This document shows, piece by piece, positions 1-13,977 of a stretch of 64,000 nt of DNA. The number at the start of each line of letters is the position of its first letter. Within the stretch, counting starts at the first letter, position 1. The position numbers and the translations under genes are program-made. Origin of the DNA: Eledone cirrhosa (lineage: Eukaryota). The stretch covers positions 268,398,001-268,462,000 of the forward strand of contig OZ024742.1 in NCBI GenBank assembly GCA_964016885.1. The letters run 5' to 3'. The notes under the pieces are model-generated. The model searched no databases and was not told the origin of the DNA. It was given only the letters and a program-made list of their open reading frames with translations.

Positions 1-214
1 ATTTGTGTTTGAGACACCTTGGCTGAGTGCTTGAATATCATCTCCCACCATCACGTAAATTTCCAAATCGATAGCCAATCAGGAGATGTCACTGGGACAC
101 GTAGAGATTCCAGTTACCAACATTTTACTGTGTTGGCCGTCACATAGAGTCATAGCCGGTACGGACTGGAGTCGAATTCTGTCGATCGATTGGTTATTGA
201 TTAGGCGAAACCTG

Positions 215-317
215 CTGATGAAGCCACATCCACCGATTGTGCATTGTTACATAATATATGCGGACAGAGGGTACTGTGCACCCTACCGCTGCATTAAGTG
301 TGGCCGAAACTCGAGTT
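215..317 (+). ncRNA. Hammerhead-ribozyme-like fold (type I, degenerate; probably from a Penelope-like pLTR)
   Basis: CTGATGA 215-221; GCCACAT (223-229) pairs with GTGTGGC (298-304); GAAA 306-309; palindromic ACTCGAGT 309-316. Stem I is not formed. Confidence 0.45.
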
Positions 318-859
318 GAATTCGGGAACAATTGAAGGTACCCGTTTACGTGCGTTGTATCGATGTAAATAACTATGGGTGTTTATTTAAAATTTCCGAC
401 TGAGTAGGCTGAGATGCAACCGGTCCTAGCAGTAATACCCATGCTAGTTCCGTCAACCTACTTTAGATATATATATCAAATTAAAAAATAGAGTTAAACA
501 CTGACATTAATCACCTATAATTTTATTATCTCAAGGAATAGATTGCGAGCTGATTATCAATCAACATATATAGAGAGAAGTACAGATAGAGATAAGTATT
601 TAATCATAAGGGATCAAAACCACCAGATTGACGAAAATATTACCTACGGAAGGAATAATGAATACAAATCAATAAAATCAATATTTTACAGAGTACTAAC
701 CATCCGTAATAACTATAACATCCGGTCATGCCACTACCAGAGAGTTTCGGTCGGCTGTCACTAGACTGGCAGTGGACTACAATTTAGTTGGTTGGCATGT
801 ATGACCGTGTCACCGTACAGACCTGGATGTTGGGGCTGCGTATGGTAGTTTACTGTGTT

Positions 860-985
860 TTGGGGGTAAATAGATAGTTGGTTGGGCGGCTTCAATCTGG
901 ATTGCTTCGAGAATGATGTAAAATGCTGTCTGATGAGATCATGGCACTGGGACGAGGAATTGCGTGGCCATTGTTGTCATCAAAT
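860..985 (-). pseudogene. Possible Penelope-like GIY-YIG C-terminal relic
   Basis: The minus strand, with frameshifts, gives ...QCHDLIR...IILEAIQIEAAQPTI, resembling the ILEAxxIxxxxPxxN end of PLE endonucleases. Confidence 0.25.
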
Positions 986-1046
986 CATGTGTCACGGCTT
1001 TATTATTAAAGGAATTTAACATCTGAAAAGACTTTGTATTTCAATA

Positions 1047-1212
<166 letters not shown>

Positions 1213-1645
1213 TGTGGGTTTGTATATGCATTTGATTAGTTAGATGACTTGCTGATTACAGTTAGACTTGTGCAATTTTCTGAAATTATGAAATTATTCA
1301 ATTGCAAGAGGCTGTGTAGAAAAGTAGTCATATCGATCATTCACCATCTTATGCAAAGTGTTCTTCTCGTAACAATTTATAAACATAATATATAACACAA
1401 GTTTGTAAATAATATATTATATATTTCCCAATTTAATTTGTTCTCGAGTAAATTTCTCTAAAGCTATTCATTCATTTTCCAATGTAGTCTTATACAATTT
1501 TCATATATTAACGTCTGTTCAAGGGTTACTATTATTTTTTTTATTTCCGTATTTTATGATGGATTTTATGCCAATGTAATTCTATACTTTTGTACATTTG
1601 CTTATTAGCCTTCTTTCTATCCCAATGCATAATTTTGATATATAC

Positions 1646-1649
<4 letters not shown>

Positions 1650-1722
<73 letters not shown>

Positions 1723-1856
1723 GTGTTGTGTGTGTGTGTGTGCATGAATGTAAATATGTACATGTATGCATGTATATATATATATATATATATTTATTTA
1801 TTTATTTATATATATACATACATATGCACATACATATGCACATGTGCGCACGCATA
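1650..1856. repeat. (TA)n/(TG)n microsatellite
   Basis: Read directly. Confidence 0.95.
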
Positions 1857-2320
1857 TAGGAAATATTTTAGTTGTTTTGTTAATCTCGTCAATATTATTT
1901 ATCTACAAGAATTTATCACCATATTATTCATAGGAACGGTTGTTAGAATAAACAAATCTATGTAAAAATTATGCAATATAAAAATGTAAAAACGTTAATA
2001 CACAATAAATATCTTCTCTTGGAGTATGATAAACAAGATTGTTGATTTGAGAAGGTGTAGTAGTATTTTTTTATATGTATGTTGTGTCTTTATCTAAGTA
2101 TATATTTGATATTATTTGTTAATTATTTCTGTCCAACCGGGTTTATATTCAAAGAAACTTCTTTTTTTAATTCCTGAACAATTTCAATTTTTCAAATTTT
2201 GCATTGTGATCAAATTGTAAAAAATATATTATTGTAATCATTTCTTTCCGTTTTTCGAATATTAGCATTTATGTTTAGTGGGGTACTTTTTGGCAGTTGC
2301 TTTAAAACTTCCTACACAAG

Positions 2321-2465
<145 letters not shown>

Positions 2466-2763
2466 TTGAGTATGTGTTGGTTGCTTACCGACATTTCAGT
2501 TTGCAGTGTAGAGCACTCAACCAAGTGCGCAGGTGGATTTCTTTGAGAAAACACCAACATACTTCGTGACAGGGCATATCAAAAGATCAAAATAACGGAG
2601 GTAAACTTACTTTTATCATTATATTTTCCCTTTATTTTGTTCAAGTTCTAGCTGTCTGAGGAGGTATTAGCTAATGATAAAGGGTTATCAACGAAATATA
2701 TATATAACAGCGGATATGAATGAAAGAAGTTAATTTAAACCTGTTGACTTATACTTCTTGTTT

Positions 2764-2821
<58 letters not shown>

Positions 2822-3134
2822 AAGAATGTAACTTGGAGTTGCTGTAAGTTCACCCGGGTGAGCACTCGATGTTTAGGTTCACTTCAGTGTCAAGGTGTAG
2901 AGCTAGAGAGAGTGTACTATAGTGAAAAGATAACACGGACGATTGGTTACTCCTTCATTACATTTATTGGTTGGTGATGCGCGTTTCGCCACTGATCAGC
3001 TCAAGGTTCGATCTGTATCGATCTTACCCGGCTCTGTAATCTGCGGCTCGTCGGACCCCTTGTAATGCTAGTAGAAAAAAAAATAATATATATATATATA
3101 TATATATTGTTGTTTTCTCTTTTCTTCCCTTTTG

Positions 3135-3870
3135 CTCTCCTTCCCTGCCTCCTCCGTTTTCCCATTATCTTATCCAGTTATTGATGCTCAGTCTTTAAGG
3201 CGTAGAAATATCCGAGGTCCCCAGTAGACAACTGATGAGGAACCTCGCCGTTCTTGCTTTCTTCTTATTCCCACTCCATTTTAAGCCACCTTAAATAGTA
3301 ACTACACATCCATTTGTTATCGCCATATGTTTTATCATGTTTTCACTGTGACCATTCTTGTCTTCCCTTCTACCTACCTATTTCGCTACTATCTATTCTC
3401 ACCTCTCTTTCTTCCTCTCCCTTTCTCCCTCTCACTTTCACTCATCCTCTCTCTACTCGCCACCTCATTGTTTCCCTCGCCTGACCCTCTAGTAGTCCTT
3501 CTCTCACTTACAACTCGCCGCGGTCAGACGTGTGTCTTTTCTGTCGCCCACACTTGAACTTAAGTTCTCTCATCGTGTGGTCTTGGATTTTCTTACCTTA
3601 AGTTGCTCGCACATTGCTCGGTTTGTTGTTGTTTTTTCACTGTTTTCTCATTTCTTCCCGTGTGATTTCCTTCCCTCCCTCCTCCGTTTTTCCAATAACT
3701 TACCCAGTTATTGACGCTCTGGGCGGTAGATATCTTGTCTTTAAAGCGTAGAAATATCCGAGAACCCCAGTAGACAGCAGATGAGGACATCCCCCTCCCC
3801 ATATTCTTGCTTTCTTCTTATTCCCACTCCATTTTATTCTACCTTAAAAAGCAACAACACAGCCATTTCT
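3135..3870 (+). repeat. Diverged ~190-bp direct repeat (3135-3320 and 3665-3870) between (TA)n tracts
   Basis: Shared blocks cctcctccgtttt, gcgtagaaatatccgag, ccccagtagaca and ttcttgctttcttcttattcccactccatttta. Confidence 0.8.
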
Positions 3871-4370
3871 ATTCTCTCTCTCTATATATATATACATAAT
3901 ATACGATTATGTATATACACACATATATACATACATTAACTTATGTAATTCTATTTCGTTTTATTGATATTTCTAACAGCTTGTTATTCATGATATGTCT
4001 TGCTACAACTCTTACTTCTCTTATGCCTGCTGTGCTTTCATTTTTTTTTTCTAGGCGGTTAGTATCTGTTGTATCACTTACTGCAGTGGTATTTATATTT
4101 GATGCATTACTTTGCTCTTGTTTTCATTCCGGCTGTTTTCGATTTTGTCAAATATCTCCTCATTTCATACGATAACAACAATCTCTCTCCGTTCTTCTGC
4201 TCATGTATGTATTCATAGTTCAAAATCACTTATCATAGTGCGCTAATTTTTCTGTTATAATAGTTATTCTTGCTGCTACTGCTGCTGGTGTTGTTCTTGT
4301 TGTTGTTGTTATTGTTATTGTTGTTGTTGATGCTGTTGTTGTGTTTCTTCTTCTTCTTCTTCTTCTTCTT

Positions 4371-5180
4371 GTGATCGACCTGGACGACGGCGGCCATCTA
4401 CCCGTGACTGCCGAAGGTAGGCGCCCAAGGTGTCACAGACGCACCTTAAGGCCTTCTGCCCCCAAATCACCATGTTGGGTACGCGTTTGCCATTGACCCT
4501 ACGCCATGCCCCGCGACTGGAGGGTCCAATCTAACCAAGGCCGCAGTGCCAGAAAAATTACCTGCACCAACATCAAAAACACCGCCTCCGCCACCTCCAA
4601 CAGCGCTAATAAAACCAATGAACAACACGCTCTTTCCCGATATTGCAAAAAAAAGGAAGTACACCCCCCCAAAAAGTGAAATTCAACGACCCCACCACCA
4701 TCATCACCGACAGCCACACGTCCACAACCAACTACACCATCAGTCCCACCACCACCAATATCATATACCCCATCGTCACCTCCAACAACCCCCCAGCAAA
4801 CACAGAAAGCAACAACATCCCCAAAGCAAACACAATACACAGTTATAGACACAGACAACACAAAGCTTTTAAATTGCATTCAACACCACACCAACATCAC
4901 AGAAACATGCTACATGCAGACCACCAAAATTGCACCACCAACCGCACTCACATAAAAACAATTGAAAAAAGAAAAAAAGAAAAAAAGTACATAACATTAA
5001 AGTAGGCTTGTTCAGTGACCTCTTGGCAAACCCCTATTACAGCTAAAAGCAGAATAGGAGCTTTCCCAGTTTTTTGAGCCGGGGAACTGTAGCACTGCTC
5101 AGAAAAGACCCGAACAAGGGGGACATTATAGACAACATCAGGCCATTAACTCTGTTAAACAGAGGGTTCAAGGTTTTATG
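4371..5180 (+). mobile_element. Tx1-like LINE copy A (ORF1 3' part joined to a short ORF2 piece)
   Basis: VIDLDDGGHLPVTAEGRRPRC matches ORF1 of other copies; LLRKDPNKGDIIDNIRPLTLLN at ~5095-5160 matches ORF2. Begins after (CTT)n and is followed by degenerate (ATT)n. Confidence 0.8.
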
Positions 5181-5214
5181 CCAATAATATAGAAATTATT
5201 ATTAGTATTATTTT

Positions 5215-7403
5215 GTTTCTCATTTGCAACAGACGTGTTGATATCGGCTCTAGAACGTTTGATTTATTCAAGTTGTTTTTCAATTGTTATTTCTGGAATA
5301 TGTTTGTTGTTATCTCTAAATAAGTCACTATATATTCTCTCTGAATAGGACACTTCGTAATATTTGAGCTTCAGGAGGAAATATTTGAATATAATTCTTT
5401 GACAATTTCTTTTTGTCACAAAAACCATGGGAGAAATACTCCTCCTAAATTTTAGCCAGCAGTTATGTGACAGGTGCTTAAGCTATCAGAGAAGTGACAT
5501 CACTACCACTACCAACATTTTGAAAGGTACTGCCATTAACAACACACTAGGCAGCATCACTGACAACATCAATATCAAAAATGTATCTCGTGCTGCAACT
5601 CAAAACAAATTTGACATTCCAACATTGCCAATATTTACCTATGTCAACACCGCCTCCCCCAAAACCACAAAAATGGCAAGCACATCCAACACCACTAACA
5701 ACACACCACCACCACCACAACGACAGCAACATCTGAAACAGAAAGCTAAATTATAACCGACACAGTCAACACGAGAACACAAAAAATAAGAACATGAACA
5801 ACGGTAACTGCAACAAAAGTATCAATAGAAACATCATCACCAACTTTGAAAAATAAATGATAGAATCAATCTACCACAAACAGCAATAACACAGTGAAGA
5901 ATGACAACACAATTGGCAACAGTAAGGGAGGCCAAACAAATGTTGAAAAGTGGAGGTCACAGTGTCAGTCTCACACCTTCACCTGACGTGCTGGAAAACG
6001 TACGACAATGTACGCTGGCCTCTCGTACAGTTGGAGTGAACTCACACCGGATGGAGCGAGTCACGAAGACCCAAATCTAAAAGGCTTCGGTTGTGTGTGG
6101 TAACCCAAATCTCGAATCGCCCTAGACAAAGGATTTGGAACAGTGGACGTCTTCATTGAGACACCCGAGGAAGTGAGAAGACACTCCTCACACGAAACAA
6201 GAGTGCGGAAATCACTAGCAAAAGATTAATAAAAACTTGACTGACCCAGGTTCCGCTTATAATATATTTTACTTGTCTAGTTGCAGCAGTTCTTGTGGAC
6301 GTTGCGGAGTCACACAATTGCACGAGGTAAAAACATTAAAAGCCAAAAATAGGTCAGAGTCAGGGATGTAATTTCTAATCGAAACTAACCACGATAATAT
6401 ATAAGCCACGCCAGATATAATATACTATGTTGACGGCACCCACATACCCGTAACCGTAGTGATGAAACGGACGACAAAGTACCACAGATGTGGCGCAAAT
6501 ACACACTTGAAAGTCTTCTGCCCTCAGCAAACAACAAAATCCCCTCTCCTGCCTACGCTACATTCCACAATGTCAACAACAGCAGTAAGAGTAGTAGGAT
6601 CGTCATCACCATTCACCAGGCCAGTATCTACACCACTAATAGCGACACCAGAAATACATACATGCCCATCCTCAACAACATGCAGTGTATCTGTGAAAGG
6701 GAATGGCAAACTGTGAACAGAAACAAAGGAGAAAAAGTGGACAAATAGTCCACAAAAACAAACAATTCTAAAAAGCGCATCACACACATTGAACACACAA
6801 CACCAACACCAACACAAATTGTCGCTTGTTAGACAGATCCGGCTATCGACCGAGTCTATAGTGAAGATCACCTCGCCGCCTCTTATTGACCATGAAGGTC
6901 AGGCAGGTTTTCACTGGCTGGTGGAGGTAGTGAAAGATGTTGTCTTGTGGATCAGGCTGAACGGACTGAAAAATACACTTTTCTCTTCGGCCAATCCCCC
7001 ATCAACATTTCAAGTTTCACTTGGAGAGGAAGATGAGGGTGGAGAGAGAAGTGCTGCCACCCAGTACATTTGCTATTAGGTGGGTGAGTGGCGGGTTGAA
7101 TGGCCCGTGCAATTGTGCCTATCGTTAGCAGGCGCAAGTAGGCTGCTTGATTTGAAGAAGAGAGGGGTGTCTTTCCCGGCTGCCCATGAAGCGTTGGATG
7201 TTTCAGTATCTTTGGTGTACCTAAGTCACCGTTATGGGTTCTCGACTCTATTTGGCAATGTGTATTGTTATATTTTTATTGTTACTTGTTCTTGTCAATG
7301 TTTTTACTCGATTTCATTTTAAACAGCCATTGTCCTTGTGTTTCTGTATTGGTCTCTATATGTAGGCCCTTGTGGCTAATAAAAAAAATATTATTATCAT
7401 TAT
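5215..7403 (+). mobile_element. Tx1-like LINE copy B (decayed ORF1 fused to ORF2 C-terminus and 3' UTR)
   Basis: Knuckle relic YHRCGANTHLKVFCPQ; at ~6820 jumps to LVRQIRLSTESIVKI...WIRLNGLK; AATAAA at ~7378 followed by tattattatcattat. Confidence 0.8.
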
Positions 7404-8020
7404 TTTTTATTTTTTTTGTATGACTGATAGTGTGCTCTTTATTTTTTCATTAAATTATTAAACAGTAATATTATCATCTTGCATATTCATGATGGGGCAC
7501 TACCTCAAGCACACCCACCACAAGCACTACCATCGCTGTCAAAACCAACACTAGCACCATTACCAACATACCATCGTCTGCCATGACAATTATTACTATC
7601 GCAATCATTTCCACCATCTCCATGAACACCAGCAGCAGCACCATTACCAACATAACGTTGTATACCATAACAATTACCACTACGCAATCACTTCCACCAT
7701 TATCACCATTATTTTACTTATTTCTTATAAACTTCATTTAATTTAGCATTATCACAATCATCAACACTTTGCAACTTTTTATATTATGTGTTATGACAGT
7801 AATTACATGTTATTGTCGATAACACATTGCAACCACCACTTCGTAGCTATATCACCACTGCAATCATTTCACCACTGTTACACCACTCTCTTCACCACAT
7901 CACCAACAGCCACACTTCCACAATACAACTATCAAAAATCTATAACTAATATCACTTCAATGCCACTACTAATATCACCACCACAAAAAGAACCGTTACT
8001 CTAATTAGTACAACTAATAT

Positions 8021-8212
8021 TTGTTTCTAATTTTGGCACAAGGCCAGCAATTACCCAGTACATTACTGGCACTTTATTTTATAGAACCCGTAAGGATGAA
8101 AGGCAAAGTAAACCTCGGCGGAATTTGAACTCAGATCATAAAGGGACGTAACTCTATAATCCAAAGCATGGTGTCCGACTTTCTACCGATACTGCAAATC
8201 CACCGCCCTTAG
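8021..8212 (-). mobile_element. tRNA-derived SINE (family 1)
   Basis: Reverse complement of the B-box gagttcaaat, core tttgcctttcatccttacggg and tail aattgctggccttgtgcca...gaaacaa seen at 25521 and 37778. Confidence 0.85.
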
Positions 8213-9334
8213 TACAGCCAATATTAGTCCTAGAACATTGTAGCAACAGTTATTATCAACACCACACCACAACAACATCCGATCCCCAAAACTCCACTTC
8301 ATCATTAGAACAACCACCTCTTCACCACAATTTTACTGTCAACGTCACAACCATTACTACCAGAACCACACCAAAACAACCACTACACCACCAACACCTC
8401 AACTGATACAAGCAGACCAGTGCCAGGAAAGACACCACAATTAATATTATTACCGTCAGCATAACAACAACGGCACCACAGGAACAACGCCAATACATGC
8501 ACATCACCAGCTGATATATAATCATCATTTCACTAGTAACACTCTTATCATCACTTCTCTATTACCAAGATAACATATATAACTATATCCCTAGAGTCAA
8601 CATTTCAGCAGCACCACCATTACCGCAACGAATATCACGACGATCTAAGCTACAACATCACCGTATCTCCCACAAGAAAACACTTAAGACATTACATCCA
8701 TTAATACAACAACCAGCAACACTACCAATTTTATAACCCCATCTATCAACATCAATATCCACTACAACACTTAATACTAACACGCGTAAACCTACTACAA
8801 TCAAAACCACTAATATCAAAACTTCGAATAACACTGTCTGTGCTACTGTATCAATCTCACCACCACCGTTTACGCTTTCACTACTAGCATTATATTGACC
8901 ACCACACCACTATCCTCACATACACCATATGATCCGCTCTTAGTGTCACATCTATCAACGCCACTATTTTCATCGCCACCACAGCTACCACTTTCAACAC
9001 CGTATTAAATACCACTTTCTGCGTTCACACCACCATCTCAATAATATGCACTTCACTCAACACCAACATACTCTATTTTCGACCCAAGTATCACGAATCT
9101 ATTTTCACTATCATAATGAAACAACCTCAAAATCTACTATATACCCAACATGCGTCTTCACCAAACACTATTTACGACTTGGGGGTGTATATATTCTATT
9201 TGGCATGTAATAAACTCCGGGCTAAACGGCGTAGGTTTGTTCCTATCATATGTTATTGATGCTGCTTTCAGTAATTTACTTCTTTTGCGTACATTTACCA
9301 TGGGAATTTTGGTATCATTATCATTTTGGCAGAA

Positions 9335-9527
9335 TCGGGAGAACGTCAGACAACATGCTTACCTGTATAGAGTTATGGCCGTTTACGTTATGAGTTCAAA
9401 TCCAGCGGAGGTTAGTTTTGCCTTTCATCCTTACGGGGTAGAAAGAATAAAGTGCTAGGAAGGACCTGGGGTCGATTTAATCGACTTTCCTTTTCCCCCA
9501 AAATTGCTGGTCTTGTGCCTAAAATAG
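9335..9527 (+). mobile_element. tRNA-derived SINE (family 1, older variant)
   Basis: gagttcaaatcc...tttgcctttcatccttacgggg...aaattgctggtcttgtgcct. Confidence 0.8.
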
Positions 9528-11879
9528 AGGCATTTTTTATTATTTTATTAATGAAGACGATAGCGTATGACGAATGATTCTGGGCTCCAAAAGGTTCGTG
9601 ATTTTAACTTGTTTAAATTGGTATTTTGTTGACCATTTTTATAAGGGGACATAAAGAGACCGTCCTTGCCCTGTGGAAAGAGTAGTTCATACTATGTGGG
9701 CCTTCGGCCTAATTGTTTGAAAGTTATTTTTGGAAAAAAATAATGTTTCTGTGAAATAAATGTGGTCGGAATAGGCCCCACAACTTTGATCCAGCTGTCA
9801 CGTGACAACAGTACAAACATTGAGATGAGAGACACAGCCCCTGCACCAGGATAATGAACAGTGTTGCCACTAACACCACTACAATCAGCATCGCCAACAA
9901 CAACAAAAGCAACAGTAGCAGCATCAACGGAGGCAACGGTATCAACAGCAGCTTAGCAAGGAGAAATTACCAAAATAAAATAGTAAAGCGGACAAAACAA
10001 AAAAAACAACAACTGTATTGCAAAAACCACAGCCACGACTACTATTACCACCACCGCAACAATAACAAGAACAGCAACGAAATTGTATCAGAAACAAATA
10101 ACAAATAACAGCGCCACCCAACAAAAGCACGAATACCAGTGACAACAGTGACAACATCAGCGCCACCAGAAACATTAGTGGGTCAGGAGTAGCAGTGTCG
10201 ATGGTAACAGCAGCAGCAGTTGCACCGACAGCAAAAACAGAACATATGCAACAACAAATGCAGCAGCAGTGAAATACCGCCGCAAAACCATACGTCTCCT
10301 TTGAGAGAGCTGCCCCAAAAAATGAAAAGATTTCGTTGAACGACGACCAGATGAACAAGGTTAGGTGGATGATGAAAGAAAATGACCACATAATCAGCTT
10401 TACCCCTCTCTCATACGTAGAATTGGTGTAAAACCAGGCCGGGTGGAGCAGGCGTTCCAATCCCAGATTCAAAAGGCTTTGTATGCCGATTAGGCACAAA
10501 AGTCCACATATCCGTGGAAGAAAATATGCAACTATGCGTGTTTACTTCACCAATCTACCGGAAGTCACGACCCGTTCCACTGAAGAGCGACCAGTTCAGT
10601 TTGATGCCGAACTACCCTGGCAAAAATTGGTCAAAATCTGAGTGATCCAAGTTTCGCCTGCAATAGCTATTCTTTGGCTGATGTCGAGTGTACATACCGA
10701 CATCGAGGAGAGCTCAACAGTGTTGGAGATACGCTGAATGAAACCGGAAAACTGGTCCGGGTCAAGAATAGAGATACTGACCCGAACGAACCAGGAAAAT
10801 ATTAAGGTCTTCTCTGATGTCTTAGATGTATGGGATGGCCTTCACCTACCTGTTACCTTTAAGGATAGAACGCAAGAACTCCACATTTGTGGGGAGAAAA
10901 AAACTAAAAGCTTTCTGCCCCAAACAAACAAAGGCCGAGATCAGATCTATTCTCCTTCCCACGCCGGATACCACTGGGAGCAACCGAACCAACTGCGGCC
11001 TCAATAGCACCAAAAATATACAGTACAAGCAACACGAAAGCCCTCCCGACCAGCACCAGCTACAAGACCAACTTCTGCAGAAAACATAACCCTCCCCAAC
11101 ATCACACAATTAGACACAGTTGGGGGCGACGATGAGGGGTGGAAAATCACCAGGTAAAAATAACCCCTTTCCCATTCGCCCATCAAAATGAGGACGAAAC
11201 AAACAATAAAAATCAAAACTTCAACGTCTCCACCATGAACACCACAATCGTCATCAGCCTCCCCCTCCCCCACATTCACCACCATCAACAACATCATCAC
11301 CATCATCAATCCCACCGCTACCACAACCAACACCGCAACAAACACTAGCAGAAACCAAACAAAAATTGCATCTAACGTGCTTGCAGTGAGATTGGCTCTT
11401 GACCAATTCTTCAACGCCGTTTAATGGGCCTGAGTTGCACAGTCGTAGCGTGGCAACAAAGCCACAATTCGCTACTTAGTACACCACGATGTGTGCATCT
11501 TACTCGATCCCAAGCAGATTTGTGCGACCCTTCGGCAGCAATTCCCCTCCCTGTTTGGAAGCAGTTGCCGGCTGGCTCACGGGATGGTCTTCAGTCCCTA
11601 CCTCAATGCATTGCCGCAGGCGGATTACTGCCAGGAGCCAATAACGGCTACTGAAGTATGGCATGCAATAAATAAAATGGAGCAGCATGTGCCAGGAGTT
11701 CTGCATGACAGAAATCACTAAACCACACATTCCAGACTCATGTCATTAGGGTTGCGATGTTTGAGTATTATTTCTCCTATTTTCTTTGTATTTTATGTCT
11801 AATGCTTATGCACACTGTTTGCCTAATTAGTGAACAATTCTAACTATCTATCTTTATATGTGTACGGGCGAGAGACGGT

Positions 11880-11940
11880 CTTCTAACCAATCCCGCATGA
11901 AATGGATCAGATGGACGTTAAACGACGATAATGATGATAT
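11880..11940 (+). mobile_element. 3' end of an RTE-related element or SINE with (GAT)n tail
   Basis: ggacgttaaacgacgataatgatgat matches the reverse complement of the RTE terminus at 60781-60815. Confidence 0.5.
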
Positions 11941-11949
11941 ATATATGTA

Positions 11950-12153
11950 TATAGGAATAGACTCAGGACCCCAACAGCTGAGCTCCGGTCGTTTCAACAG
12001 ATAGATCCGAACTACTATTTCGGATCTAGTTGTCGAAACGGCCAGATCTCAGCCATCAGAGTCCTGACCCTTTTCCTATTACCCACTCTACTACTCTAAG
12101 TATTGAGTTCTCTGGTGCTTTATGGTCCAACTGGTACCTTACCACACCCTCAT

Positions 12154-12158
<5 letters not shown>
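11950..12158 (+). mobile_element. Penelope-like pLTR 3' end with inverted duplication (foldback)
   Basis: 11950-12011 is an imperfect inverted copy of 12019-12079; the tail attacccactctacta..ctaagtattgagt is shared with 32598-32678 and 58090-58170; flanked by (TA)n. Confidence 0.7.
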
Positions 12159-12228
<70 letters not shown>

Positions 12229-13977
12229 CAAAATGTAAACAGAAACAATATATATATATATATATATATAAATGTGCAAGGATGAGGAGTAAATCGTATG
12301 GTTTGCATCGACTGATCTACGAGCTTTACTTTCACATGTCAAATGTCTACTGCAAATGGCAGCAGAACGAGAAAATTCCCTTCTCTGTGAGCGTAGTAGC
12401 GGTAGCGCTGCTGAGAAAGGAGCCGAAGAAGGGGAACTACATTGATAATTTCAGACCCATAACTCTGTTAAACGAAAAGTTCAAGAATTTTCCCGTCGGG
12501 AGTCTGGTCGGAGAGGCGCAACCATTCCAGAGTGTATTATCCAAGAAAACCTCCACCTCATCCTATACATCAGGGAGAGGGTAGCTTTCAAAGGCTGGAT
12601 CGCTGCAATTCACTGTGACATCTGAATACCGGTAACAGTCAGTGCTCACCTTTCGGAACCATTCTACACCATGCGCTCGGTACACCATGATTGTCCCATC
12701 TCGTCCCTCTTTTATCTATTGTCTCTCGAGCCATTACTGCACAAACTGGAGACGTTGACGTGAATACCGCACGAACTAGAATGTAGGACAACCTTGTCAG
12801 GTGATGGTGGAAAAATCGGTGGGCCTGCTGCTCTGCACATGTAACCCAAATGCATCGTCGGAAGCTGAACAAACAGAATGGATAAATTGTTCGGTGTCTG
12901 GATTGGTCTGGGCCTCCGGTTGGAGAAAAGGTGGGAGTTGTTGATGAGAAGGCTGGCCACTTTCATCCAGATACGGGCCGAAAGAAAGCTATACCTAAAA
13001 AGCCTGGATGAGGCGGCGATCGCGTTCATCGCGTCCCTCATCTACTACAGCCATACCATCGTGTCTCACTCTCGTCCACGCCTCACCAAATTGGAACGTC
13101 TGCTTTCTTACTTCTTGGGTAAGGAACAGGGTCTGCTGGGGACGGTTTACATTTGCTGGCTACACACGCTGCGTGGATGTGTGGCTGATTATGCACATAC
13201 ATACGCTGAGACTATGGCAACTTTAGCTTTTCCTGGATGATGAACAAGTGCGGTCACCTCTCGTTAGGCGTGTTTGTCCCCAGCTCGTCTCTTGTTCGGA
13301 GGTGCTGTCCTGGATCAAGCGGAGAACGAAGGGAAGTTATTGGAGGCTAGGATTTCTTCAAATATTCACAGCCGTCAGCCAATCGAAGACTGTGATTGGT
13401 GTAAACTCATCATTGGCTTTCTATTAAGGTCTAGTGATGAATAAACACGACCAAGATCTTGGAAAAGAGCTGAGCGTCGACCAAATTCATATAGCCAATC
13501 CCTTCCGCAGGACTTTCAGGATTAACGCTTATTTAGCAAGAAAAGGGCAGACTGCTTTTATCTGAAAAGGTTGGGGGCGGGCACTGTCCTCTTCGGCAAC
13601 GTTCTCATGTTTAACCTGAAAAGGAAGATAAGGGTGGAGAGGTAAGTCCTGCATTAGAGCGAGTTTGTTGAAAGAGGCAAGAATGGCTCGTATGAATAGG
13701 TCAGCTCTGAGCGTGTGCATGTAGTATTGAAGGAGTACAACTGGGAATGGGTGCTTGCCCTAGCGGTCAGTGTGACCGTGGCTTTCTGTGGGGTTTCTCC
13801 ATGAGTAAATCTCGATGGTCTCTCTCTGATGGGGAAATTGCTTTTATTTGTTTGTTGCTACATCACTTTTATTGTTATTGTGATCTTTTTTTACACGCAG
13901 AAACCCTCATTTATACCATCCTTAATGTTTTCCTTTCTGTAAACCCTAGTCGTTAATAACAAAATCCTTAGTATTAT

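Larger units (their letters stand above)
9550..13975 (+). mobile_element. Tx1-like LINE copy C (decayed, endonuclease deleted, interrupted at ~11720-12280)
   Basis: ORF1 relic ENWSGSRIEIL...DGLHLPVT; at ~11365 jumps to VLAVRLALDQFFNA; RT piece KGNYIDNFRPITLLN; family 3' UTR at 13740-13960. Confidence 0.8.

Noticed and set aside
2975-3005. Minus-strand ctgatcagtggcgaaacgcg hammerhead-like motif
   Set aside because: The core is CTGATCA with no stem II or stem I.
7480-9170. C/A-rich strand-biased tract resembling a mucin-like exon
   Set aside because: Stops in all frames and no splice or domain evidence; looks like decayed trinucleotide repeats.
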